This document shows positions 13,849 through 25,802 of a DNA stretch of 64,000 bases, piece by piece. Each line of letters opens with the position of its first letter. The first letter of the stretch is position 1. Source of the stretch: Cyanophora paradoxa CCMP329 (Eukaryota; Plantae; Glaucophyta); the NCBI GenBank assembly GCA_004431415.1, contig QPMI01000413.1:14934-78933 (forward strand), read 5' to 3'. A program made the position numbers and the translations under genes. The notes beneath the pieces were generated by a model. It did not search any database. It was given only the letters and a program-made list of their open reading frames with translations, and had not been told where the DNA came from.

Positions 13849-15336
13849 TCATGTGGCCCCGCCCCCCGCGCGCGCCACGGTCCGGGATCCGCGGCCGGCG
13901 CGGAGCTTCGATTCATTCTTCTTCTTCTGCGTGGTCATCGCTTCTGTTAAGTCAAAGGTCAAACATGACCTGTACCCCCTCAGTCTTTCGGCCAATCGGT
14001 TCCAGGTGACCGTTACGGTGCCAGCGCGCGTCCGCCCGACCATATCAATGAATTCGCACACACCGAGACAAATGGCTAGAGGTATAACTGAGGTGTCCAT
14101 CTGTGTCAAGTCGAGAGATGAACCTACGGGACTAAGCCTTTCGGACATCGGACCGGGTGGAGCTCGTGCGTCCGCCCGACCGGCGGCGCCGGACCTACAG
14201 AGCTTGTCTACAATCATTATTCGTGATTGAACAAGGATTTCTGCCACTCCGGGCTCCTTAGAGTGCGTGGTTTCAACTGGTTTGGCCAATCTGTGTACGG
14301 ACGCAGGTCCCATGAAACCTAGAGAGTGTCCCCCTTTAAGCTAACTGGGGGGGTACACTCTGACGACGAAGGATGGGTCGCATCGTGGCACTCCGAAGAG
14401 CTTCAGTTGGTCGTCCTTTGACTTGAGGGCGATCTGTACGGTGCGGTGATGCGCGAAAGTGCTCGTCTTGGCCGAGTCAGCCAAGAAACCGATCGCCCGC
14501 GCCTGACACAGCTCGTACAGCCAGGTGCTGGCCTCGGCGTCCGTCATGTGCTTCTTCGTCATGGCCTCCACGTCGTCTATGTAGAACTCCGCCCTGTACG
14601 ACGAGGAGGTGACCGCGGGCGTGGACTTGGTCCTGAGCGTCGCCAGGGCCTTCGCTTGCGCGTTCGGCGAGGGCGCCGGCGCCGCGGGGTTGCCCGCTTT
14701 GCCTACGCAGGTATCAGATGTGCGACTACATGTATCATATAACCTCGCTGTGCGCCGCGCACCGTGCATGAGGGCTTTCATGGCCGCGCTGGCCTCCGGC
14801 CCCGCTGAGGCGGACTTGCGTGGGACCGGGGGGAGCGAGTTGAGGCCTTTCGTGAGCTCGTCCACGTCTGCCATTGCGGTCAGATTCGGCAGCGCGCGGG
14901 CCCGGGTGTGGGCCGTACCGCTGTCTGCCACCTCGGCCTCCTCTTGGTTTCCTGGGTCTCCAGCCCTGTTTTCGGGTTGTTCTGTAGCGCCGATTAGTGA
15001 GCGAGAAGTGTGCAAGCGCTGTCTCGCGGGCTCACTTTCTTTCTTCTTCTCCGCTGTCTTGAGCTTGCGCTCAACTATAGGGCGGATGCGCGCGTCCCAT
15101 TCTTCCAGTGTGGCCTCGTTAAGATTGAAGTGGTTCCACATCGCACTTGTCACTGAGTAGAGTCTCTCCGCCGCCAGGTCGTCTGCGCTAAGGCCTCCGA
15201 ATACGCGGAACTGCGGCAGGTCTGCAGTAAGCAGCTGCGGTTGTATATGCAGTAGGGCGGTTCTCACCTTCTCATGGCGCGTGACTGCAAAGAGGACGAG
15301 CTCCAGAGGCGGCCGGACAGGCTGGGCTCCTATCAT
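13849..15336 (-). CDS. Unknown, apparently intronless coding segment(s); possibly a transposon ORF1-like remnant
   Basis: ORF 14341-15825 has normal amino-acid composition only from about MIGAQP (~15336) onward. It is followed by ORF 13849-14313. No motif recognised. Confidence 0.3.
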
Positions 15337-18300
15337 GTGTTCCGGGGGCGGCAACTCGGAGCTAGTTGGTTCTCCCCAAAAGCTGGTTCTCTCGGACGGC
15401 CTTGAGCGCGAATGGTGCGGAGGTGGTCCGCCTCCAGCTTGGGGAGCTGGGCCCCCGGCAGCGTCCCCGGCACCCCGCCCGGCCACTCGCGCTCCGGGGT
15501 CGCCTGGTAGCGGGCGAGCAGGGGCCAGCTCGCCTTGGCGGCCGGCGCGCGCAGGGGCCGTACAGCGCCGCCGCCGCGTGCACCGCCGAGCGCGGGGCCG
15601 GCGCCAGCGCGTCCTCCAGCTGGGTACACGTTCGGCTGGGGTAAGGGGGGGGATGGGTAGTAGCGGCGAACGGGAAGGGAGGGCTCGGGCGCGGGGCGGG
15701 GCCACTGGTCCTCGCGGGCCCGGGGCGCCCCCTGGAAGCGCCGGAGGAGCGGCCGCCTGCCCCGCCGCTCCACCCGACATCGGCTTGAGGAGCGGGGAGG
15801 GAGGGGGATGGAAGAAGGGGCGCACCTCGCCGCGGAGGTCGGCTGCGCACCGGAGGAGGGCCGCGAGGGCCTCCCCAGCGGCCTTCTCCTTCTCCTTGTC
15901 CCGGGCCCCCGCGCCGCCCCCGCCGCCGGCCGGTGCAGGGAGGAGGGCCCTCAGCTGCCCCGGCAGCGCCTCCGGCTCGCCCCCGTCCAGCGCCCCGTCC
16001 CCGTCCCGGTCCCTGGGGTACCGGGTTCAACGGGAGGGGGCGGAAGGAGCGCAGAAGGGGCACGGGGCACCATGGATCGGCGGCGACGGCGCGCAGGGAC
16101 TCCTCTGCGCACCGCTCGACGAGGAGGTGCGCATCCTGCGGGGGGCGCGTGCAAGGGCGTTGGAGATCGAGGGGGGGAAGGAATGGTAGGGGGTACGGGG
16201 AAGCGCACCTCCTTGGAGCGGAAGCGGCGGCGTGCCTGGGCGCGGAGGGCGTCGGGGCACGTCTCCGCCGCCTGCACGGGGCACGTTCGACGTTTGCACG
16301 GAGGGCGCCCCGGACGTCGACGGCGGGGCGCCCACCTGTTGTGGCTGTTGTGGCCTGTCTCAGCGGGCTTGCCGTTCGCGGGCTTGCTGCTGCTCGCGAC
16401 CCGGAGCTCCGCCTTGTGCGCCTCGCCCCGCCGCGCCCACGCCGGGTCGCTTCCGTTCGCCCTGCGGCCGCGGCCGAGCTCGAGGCGTCGCACGGCGTCG
16501 CCGAGGGCGCCGGCGGGCGGGCGGGCGAGCGGGCGGGCGGGGCGCACCACGTGTAGACGACGCCGACGAGGTCGTCCGAGGCGTCCGAGGCGCCGGCCAC
16601 CGCCCCCGCCGGCCGCCGAGAAGCGCGTCAGCTCCGCCCGCACAGCGCGCAGCACCTGCGCCGCAACGCGCCGGCGCAGGTCGGCGAAACGAACGGAAGC
16701 TCGAGCGGGGCGGAAGAGGGAGGGGGGGGGAGCGGGGGGGGGGGGGGGGGGGGTTGGCGGGCGGGGAAGGGGGAAACGGCCCTACCCGCTCAGACGACGC
16801 GAGCTTGGCCGCGAGGCGCTCCGCGGAGACGTCCGCCGCCGCCGCCACCCCGCCCGCGCGGAGCTGGAGCCCCGCCACGGCCCGCAGCAGAGGCTCGACC
16901 CCGGCCGGCGGCGGCCAGAGCGGCTCCTCCGCCGCCGCCTCCTCGGGGGCCTCCCCTGCAGCGAGCGAGCAGGAGTGGGCGAAGGGCTCCGCGTGTCCTC
17001 AAACCAGGCGGGCGGAGGGGGCGGGCGCCGCTGACCGGGGCCCGCGGCGGGCGGGTGGTGGCGTTGGCGCCTGCCGCGAAAGAGAAGAAGAAGCAAGACA
17101 CTAGCGCAAACGTGAACTGCGTAGCGAAGATCAAGAAGCTTCAGGGGGAAAGGAGGGGACAGGCGGGGACGAACCACAAGTCTGATTGCGCGCTCTGCAG
17201 AACCGGAGCTTGAGCCTCCTTCTGCGTCGGAGCCGTGCGGATGCGGGGAGCTTGAGCCTCCTTCTGCGTCGGAGCCGTGCGGGTGCGGGGAGCCGTAGCT
17301 ATACGTATGGCTGCCTGGTCTGAGAGTTGCAGGTCGCTGCAGGGGCAAAGCGCCGCAAAAGCAGAGGCTCCCTCGCGTGGCGCCGAAGCGAAGTCGCTGG
17401 CGGTGAGCAGCGGCAGCGCGCTTCGAATTCGATCGAATTCAATAGCAAAACGCTGTTGCTGTGATGAAAGCGCGCTCAGCGACGCAGCGCCGACGATCGG
17501 ACGCTTCCGACGCTGGCAATGGGGGGTAGCCGTAGTCCTAAATTAGGGGGTAAGCAAACACAAAGGAGCTGCAGCTGCCTCTGTGGATCCGGAGCTGTGC
17601 ACCGAGCAACACGGAATTCGAAGTTTTCACCAAGCAACACGCCAGCTCTCGCTGAGCCGTGACCGAGTCCCGAAGTCCCGAAGTTCGAAACGACCTCGCT
17701 CAGCCCTGCGGCTTGCCATGGAATCCAGGTGCGCGAAAGCGCGCCCGCCCGCGCATGCGAGTGTCTCAAAGGCTCAGCCGCAGGCGGACCGCGAGCTACA
17801 TCGAAGAGACCGCACGCCTGGCACGCTTGGCCCTCGGCCCGACGGGCGCGCCCTTCGAAGTCCCGCGGCACGCGTTCGCCGCGGCTGCGTGTGCGCGGGA
17901 GGACGCTGGAGTCGCGGCCTGGGACGCGCCGGTGCACGTGCCCGCACCGCGCCGCGCTCCGGGGGCCCGACGGGGCGCGCGGCGCCTCCGATCGCGCAGG
18001 CGCCAGCTGCAGGCGGCCGGCTCCACGACGGTCTCTGGGTCCGGGGCTACCCCGCGCCGGGGCCCCTCTACGGCGCCGAGCTCCAGCCGCCGGCGCCGCG
18101 GGCCGGGCCGGGCCCCTCTCCCGGCCGCCTCGGGGCTGGGGCTGTGCCCGCGGGGGCCGAGGTGCCGCCGGCCGCGGGGGAGGGGCACGCGGGCCCGGCC
18201 GCCCCGCTCCCCGCCGCGCACGTGCGCCCCTCCGCCCCCGGGCCCGGGGCCGGCGCCGGGCCGCTCTCATCTGTGTTCTTCGAAGCCCGAAAGCTGTTCA

Positions 18301-18398
18301 ACGTTGCATAACTCCGAACCCGTTAACTCTGAATTCGTTAGTTCGTAAAATTCACCCCATAAAGCCTCGAAGTCGATGAAGGGTCTCCGTTTCTGATC

Positions 18399-19097
18399 AT
18401 GAACCGTCGCGACCGTCGAACGGCGGATGGCGCGGCTGCGCGCCTCCCGCCCGCCCTCGGCGCGCTCACCCCGCGCCCCCGCCCGCAGGCGCCGGCCCGA
18501 CCGCCCCCCACGCGGGAGGCCATCGCCGCCCTCTTCCACCTCCCCGTCCCCGTGCCCGCCCCGCCCCGCCCCGCCCCGCCCGCCCCGCGCGGGCCGACTC
18601 GGGCGCAGGAGGCGGCGCGGGCGCTGAGCCTCGGGGCGACGACCTTCAAGCGGCTCTGCCGGGAGGCCGGCATCGCCCGCTGGCCCCACCGCAAGCTCGA
18701 CGCCCTCGCCCGCTGGGGCGCCCGCGCCGACGTGCCCCGCCCGCCCCCCGCCCCTTCAACGCGCGCCGAGGCGGCGCGGCAGGCGGCGCTGGCGCTGGGG
18801 CCGGGGGGTCGCCCCGGGGCTGGACCGGGCGGCCCTCGCGGCGGCGCGGCGCGCGCTGCTCGCCGCCGCCGCGCGCGTCCGCGCCGACCCATCCGCCTCC
18901 GGTGCGCCCCCGCCGCCCCCGCCCGCCCCGCGCAGGCGCGCGCCCGCCCGACCCGCCGCAGTGACGGGGCCATTGCTGGTCGTGCGGAAGATCCTCGGGC
19001 CCCACGGGCTGTAGCTGGCGCCGGGGCCCGCCCCCGGCCGCCCCGGGGCCAAGTTAAGGCCCCCTCCGCCGCCGACGTCGCGGCATTCGCGTACTGA
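18399..19097 (+). CDS. RWP-RK domain transcription factor (host; exact exon structure uncertain, GC-rich introns)
   Basis: TREAIAALFHLP...QEAARALSLGATTFKRLCREAGIARWPHRKL is the RWP-RK signature. A C/G-rich intron-like segment lies between FHLP and QEAA. Confidence 0.85.
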   Translation: MNRRDRRTADGAAARLPPALGALTPRPRPQAPARPPPTREAIAALFHLPVPVPAPPRPAPPAPRGPTRAQEAARALSLGATTFKRLCREAGIARWPHRKLDALARWGARADVPRPPPAPSTRAEAARQAALALGPGGRPGAGPGGPRGGAARAARRRRARPRRPIRLRCAPAAPARPAQARARPTRRSDGAIAGRAEDPRAPRAVAGAGARPRPPRGQVKAPSAADVAAFAY

Positions 19098-22000
19098 ATG
19101 AAGTAAATGAATATTAATATTGTGATTCAATGATTGAGTCAGCATGTACACGCGCACTTGGACACGCTTGAGCCCATAAAGACGGAACTAAACGAAGGAG
19201 CTCGAGGGAAGAGTGATCATGGGACGGGCACACATTTTAAATTTACAGACGGGCCGGCGCACACATTTTACGTGCACGTGGCCGTGGGCCACGAGCGGAA
19301 GGCCGCTCGGCCGAGCTCGCGCTCGGTGCGACTCATGCGTCCGACTTCGCGGCCAGCTGCCGCGGGGGCGGGTGCCTGGCCGCCCCCCCCGCAGGGCCCA
19401 CCCCGCTGCGCGAGTCGGCGGAGGGCGGGCACCGCCGGGGCGGGCGGGCCGGGGCCGGGCGCGGGGCGGCGGAGGGGAGGGCGGCGGCGGCGGGGCGGGC
19501 GGGCCGGACACGGGCGGCCGGCCCGCCGCGGGACCCGGGGCCGGCTGGAGGGCGGCGGGGGCGAGGGCGGGGCGGGGCGGGCGGGGCGGGCGGGGCGCAC
19601 GGCGGCGGCGGGGCGGGACCGGAGGCGGACGGCCTCAGCGAGCGAGCGCGCCTCGATGCCCCCGGCCGGCCCGGCCGACACACCCGAAGGGCAGCCTCGG
19701 GGGCGAGCGGAGCGGTCGGGGCGGAATGTTGGACTCGGGGGGTAGCGCGGGCCCGGGCGGAGCGCTCCCGCCGCCCCGCCGGCGTGCGGGGGGCCTCCGA
19801 AGAAGGGGAAAGAGCGGAGAGGGCGGCTCCCCCCAGAAGCCCCCCTCGAGGGCGGCGGGCAGCGGGGCGTCGGGGGCGGCAGGTGCGGCGGGGGCGGGGC
19901 GCGGGTCGGCCACCCACGCGACCGGCCCGCCCTCCCTGCGCGCAGCGTCAGCGCCGCCCGTAGTGAACGACCGCGGGGGAGCCCCGCGGGGCGCACGGGA
20001 GGCGGCGGGGAGGGCGGGCGCCGGGCGGCAGCGGCGGCACCGCTGCGCGGGGTGGGGATCGGGCAGGGGCGGGCAGGGGCGGGCCGCGCGGCGAGGGGCG
20101 GGGCCGCACGGGCGAGCGCGCGATCCCCGTAGGGACAGGAGGATCCGGGGCAGTCGGCGCGCACCGGGGGGCGCGCGGGGCGTGAGCGGCGCGCGGCGCG
20201 CGGGGCGCGGCACCGGGGGCGCGCCGCGCTCGTCGCGTGGCCCGGCACCGCGCGCGCAGCCGGCGCCGCCGGCGGGCGGGCGGGCTGCCCTGCGCCGCTT
20301 GGGCCGGCCGGAAGGGCACGACCTTGGACTGCGCGGAAGGGCACGACCTTGGACTGCGCGGGGCCCGCTCGGCGGGGGCGACGCGGCCCGGCCAGCACAC
20401 CGACCTGGTTGCCCCCGATGAAGAAGGGCTCTGCCGCAGCGCAGGACTCGTCACCTCGCAAGGCGCGTGGCAGTGATCGCGGGGCAGTGCCGACCTCCGG
20501 TCTGCCCGTGGATGTGATCCGTTCTGGATGCGCTCCCCCGCGGCCGCGTACATGTGCGATGGCGCGGATGCGTGCGTCAAGCGCTGATCGCAGATCTCGG
20601 GAGTAGGCGTCGCGAAGCATGGGCGTCGGACTAGCTAGATAAAGCTAGCAAGGCCGCCGGCTCTAATCCAGCCAACTGCGGCGGTTCAGGACCGAGACCA
20701 AGACTGTGACGAGCCTTTTAATCCGTGTAGCCGTCTAGTGGGTGTCAATGTACCCCAGTGCGCACTGCCGGCGTCTGCCGCCGCTGCGCCGCGCGCCCGC
20801 GCGCGGCCGGCCGGCCGTTTTAAATTTCCTGATCTCGGCGCTGCAGCTGCGCGCCGTCGTCGTGTGCGCATGCAGAGCGGACTCGTCTTCGATACGCCAA
20901 CTCACAAGTAAGCACACTTTGACTAGTAAGCACACCTGTAATAACAATATAAATATCGCCTCGCGCCTAACTATTCTATAACTAATCCCCCGCCCGACGT
21001 CGACCCGAGCCTCGCGCCGCCCGACAGGCCGGCCGGCCGCGCGCGCGCGGCCGCCGTCGGCCGTTTCCTGATCATGACCTCCACCTCGCCGAGTCGATCG
21101 CACGCCAGCTGCAGGCCCGCCGCGGCGCGGCCTCTCGCGCGCGCCCCTCGCCTCGCCTGGGAGGGCGCCGCCGCGGCCGGGCTTTACGCCGGACTCCCTT
21201 GAGCCCGGCCGAGAGGACAGCTCAAGCTTCGCCGTCGCAGGCTCCGGACGCGGTGCCCGATCGCCCGCGCATCGCCGAAGGCCACGCTGGCGTGCGCCGC
21301 CTCCGCACCTCGCCCCTGCGTCGCGCCCGCTCACTCCTCCTCCCGCATGCAGCCCGCCCTTACAACGCCGCGGCTGGCCCCGGCGTCGCCCAGGGCAGCT
21401 CGGACGACTCCAGCGCCCCGGCGGCGGCAGCGGTGGCGGCAGCGCGTCGGTGCCGGGCTCGCGCGCGTGCCGGAGGGTCGGCGGCGGGGCGTCGGAAGCT
21501 ACGGCGGGGCGGGATCCTGGCGCAGGTCCGGGGCGGCAGCGGGGGCGGCAGAGGGGCGGGCGGGGGCGGCGGCGGCGCGGGGAGCGGCTCGCCCGAGGCC
21601 GCTGGGGAGGGGTACGAGGAGGTCGAGTTGGAGGAGGCGGCGGCGGCGGCGGCGGCGGTGGAAGAAGAAGAGGATCGGGAGGAGGAGAAGCGCAGGACGC
21701 CCCGCGCGCGGCGAACGCCCTCGAAGCGTCCGCCCCCCGCCCCCGCCCCTGCACCCGACCCGCCCGAGGCCGGCGCAGGGGCCTCCCCGCCCCCCTACGC
21801 ACTCCGGCCTCCCGGCCGGAGGCCGCCGCGCCGCAGGCCTCACCGCGGCGGCCGCGGCGCCCGCCCGCGGAGGAGGCCGGCGGCGGCGGCGACGTGGAGG
21901 GGGAGGGGCCGCCGCCGGGAGGAGGCGGGGGCGGGGGCGGCCTCGTGGAGGTGGTCGTCGACGAGGAGGAAGAGGAGAGGAGGCGGGCCCTGCGGTGCGC

Positions 22001-25000
22001 CCTCCGCCCCGCCCCGCCCCGCCCGGCTCGGAGGGCGAGCCGGGGGCACCCCCAGGAGGCGGAGGGCGTCCAAGGCGGGGGACGGGGCGCGGTGGCGGGG
22101 GGGGCGAGGAGGTGCGCGCTCGATCGGCGGCCCGCGCCTCCGGCGCCGCGCCGCTGAGGCGCGGGCTCCGCAGGCGGCGGGGGACGAGGCCGAGGAGCCC
22201 GAGGAGGTGGGGGGGGGGGGGGGGGGGGGGGAGAAGAGGCGGAGGAGGAGAGGAGAGGGGCCCCGCCCGCCCTCGGGCGGCCCCCGCCGGCCGCCCCGCC
22301 GCCGGCGGCCATCCTCCGGCCGGCCCCCGCGCCCGGCGCACCGGAGACCCTCCTCCGCTTTCGCTCCTGTGCCCAGGACCCCGTCGACCGGCCCCTTGCA
22401 CCCCGGTCCACCCGACCCCATTGAAATCCCCCGGAGACTCACTCTCCCACGCCCCGCGCCCGGCCCTGTACCCCGAGGTCGACGCCCCCGCCCTCTCCCC
22501 CGACTCCACCCCCGTGCCCGTGGACCAGCACCCTCCGCGGGCTGGCCCCCGCCCCTCCCCCTCCTTCCGAGCCGGAGCCCGTTCAGCCCGCGCCTCCGCC
22601 CCCGCTAGCGCTGCCGCCCTCCCCGCCTCCCGCCCCCGACCCCGCCGAGGGCGCCGGCTGCTCCCCTCTTCCTCCACCCCGTCCCCTCGCTCGCCGTGTC
22701 GAGCCTCGGGCCCCGGCCCCACGGCCCCGCGGCCGGCGCCCCGGCGCGCCCCCTCCGCGCCGCTCTTCGCGCTGCGGCCGGCCCTCGACCCTCCCTCCCG
22801 CGCGGACCTCTACGGCCGCATCGCCCGCGAGGCGCGCCGGGCCCGCCCGAAGCCTTGGAGTACTGCACGGGCTCACGGCGCAGGATGCAGGCAGGAGCCG
22901 TACTGCGGGGACCGGCGGGGCGTGCCGGCGCGCCCGCGCCACTTCCCCGAGACCCCCGCCCTCCCCGAGTGCCCCGCCCCCCTTCCCCTTCCGTCCCCCT
23001 CTAAGAACTCACCCCCCCGCGGTCAGGTTCGACACGCGGGGGAGGGTGACGAAGGCGCGGGGGAGGCGGGGTCTGCCGCCGGTGCCGGGGCCCCGCGGCC
23101 TCGCCCACCGACGCGGTCTGCTGGCGCGCTCCCGCCCCGCCCCGCCCCGTGCCCCACGCATACACCCTCCTCTGAGGCGGGGGCGGGAGGCGGGTGTGCG
23201 CGGTGACGCCGGCGCGCAAGCCGCCGCCGGCGGGGCGGGGAGCGCGGGGGTGGCTCGAGCGCGGGGCCGAGGGCTCTCCGCCGCCTCCCAGCGCAGCGCC
23301 GCCAAGGCCGTACATCGTACTGTTGGGCATTCTATGAGGGGCCTCGCGGCGAGTCCTTGGCCCCCCTCGCCAACCGCGCCCCAGGAAGCCGCCTCCTTGG
23401 ATTCCCTCTCCTCCCCTTGCCCCCCCACTTCTTATCGTCTTTGTCCTTCCCCCCTCTCTCGGATGGTTGCGGAAACGCGCACCGCCCTCTCTCTGACGTC
23501 GGGGCGCAGGCGGAGCGGGAGGACTCGTGCGGGCGGCTGGTGCTGGCGGGGGCGGGCGGCGCCGGCGCCAACGACCCCACCCCCTTCGCCGACGGCGGCA
23601 CCCAGGCGCCCGCTCCCGCCCCGCCCCACCTGGTTCGTCCTAGCTGAACCTGTACTCGCTTCGCAGCTGTCGCTGCTGAAGGGGCCCCGCGCCTCTCGCT
23701 CCTATCGAAGCGCGTCGCGGCGGTGGCCTCGACCGCCCCGGCGGTTGCGGCGGCGGCAAAGGCGGCGGCGGCGAGGCCTGCAGCAGGGTGGCAGGGGGAG
23801 GAGAGGTGCGCGCGAGCCGCCCCCTCTCCCCGCCACGCCCGCCCTGAGCTGACTGCAGGGGCGCAGGGTCACGCCGCCGAAGCGGAGCGCCGACCCCGGG
23901 ACGCCGGAGGGGAGCGGCCGCCCTCGCCCAAGCACTGCGAGGGTAACTCTTCGGAGGAGGGGCGGCGGGGGCGCAAAGGCCTCCCGCCCCGCCGCCGAGT
24001 CGCCAACACGCTCCTCGGCGGGCGCTGCCGCCTCTGCCGCTTCGGCCGGCGGCTCGGGCGCGGCCCGGTCGGAGGGGTCCTCGGGGGGTACGGGACCGTC
24101 GGAGGGCGGGGCGGGGGCCCCGCTGGAGCCGCCGGAGCCGCCGAGCACCACGTGGGCCAGCAGGTTGCCCCCCTGAGGCGAGGCTCCTTTCCCTTCTGCT
24201 TCGCCCCTTCTTTCTCTGTCTTCATTGACCTGTTCGGCAGCATCGAGGTGCACGCCAACATGCACCTCGGCAGCTTCGGGGGCTCGCCTCGGCATCGATA
24301 TCCTCAAGCTCCGTGTCGAGCCCCTGCCCCGCCCCCCTCCCCCGCGCTCCGTCCTCGCCTGACTCGTCGCCTCTCGCTCGCAGCAGGACCGGAGTCGCAG
24401 CAGGCGGGAGGCAGCCGCCCCATCCGCGCCACGCCCGCCTCCCTCCCCCTCGGCCCCTCCCCTCCCCGACCTCGCCCTCCCTCTTCCCCTCCCTCCGAGG
24501 CTCGCCTGGCCATCCTTCTCGCCTGGAGCTCGGCGCCGGCTGCAGGCCTCCTCGAGCTCCCCGAATTGAAGGTGGCGTCACCGGTGCCGGCGACAGCGAC
24601 GTCGGCCCCGCTCCGCGACGCGCCCGCCAGCGCAGCGCATCCGGAGCTCCCGCCCCGTCCCCGCCCTGTGCGCCGCACGCCGGCCGCGCGGTCGCGAGCT
24701 CGAGGGCGCCGGCTGATCATGATGCGGGCGCCGGCGCCTCGCGCTGCGGGAGCTGGACCGCCGGTGCCGGCGCAGGCCTGGGGCCGCGGGCCCCCAGCCC
24801 GCAGCCTGCGCCTGCCATTCCTCGGAGCTCGCTCGGACCCTGCAGCCTCAGGGCCCGTAAGGGGCCAAAACATGTCGGATTTGCGCCCGAATTTTGTTTC
24901 GACCCGGGACTTTGCAGGCATGCCTGTGAAGGTCATACGAGTGCATGCCTAAAGTTTCGTTTTTGGGCGGGGGCATATATACGGGAATATCCCCAGCAGG

Positions 25001-25802
25001 TTGAGCATATTATATTTGGGGGGTTCCGTGCTGGGGGGGTACGTGCTGGACCTGGTCCGATTTAGGAGCTCGGTCAGCGTGCGTGCCGGGGGGCGTCCTG
25101 CAAGCGCGACCAACGCTCTCAGCTAGTTCGATAATGCTCGGATCGCAACTCGCCGCGTCCCCGGGCGAGCGGTGTGGGCTTCGGGCGGTCGGCAAGCGAC
25201 TGGCAACGGTTCCAACGCCTCGAGAAGTGATAGTACAGCATCTCAGAGCGTTCTGGAATGCCGCGAGACACTCCCCGCCTGCCGACCCGCACCGCCCTGC
25301 GGCCGCGTTGCGCAAGCCTCGTAGCGCGGGCGCCCAGCGAGCAGCGGCGGCATCTCCCTGCTTGCACGACACTATTGGTGCGCTGGGTTAGGTCGCGGGC
25401 AACAGTGGGTCGCACGCAACAGTGCCGCCGTCGGACACGCAGGCCGATCGCCTGTCAGGAGCCTCTCCCGATAGCTATTGCACCTGTAGCTGCCACTGGG
25501 AACCTCTCGGCTGTCCCACCATGCGAGTGTGCAGTCCGCGCGTCCGAGCGGCCAGCAGCAGCCGAGCCGACCGTTGGATTCGCCGGATTCGCCAGCCAAC
25601 CTTCCACCGGCGACCTTTTCCGGCGTTGATAGCCTACAGCCGCCATGCGGGCGCGGCCTGGCAGCCTGCAGCTGCCATGCGCTAGCTATAGCTATAGCGC
25701 CGCCCCGGCGGGCGCGGCGCCGCCAGGACCCGGGCGCCCACGCCTTGCGAAATTGCGCTTCGAGGGCAGCCAGCGCGCGCTGAACCGCTCGCCATTGCAG
25801 TA

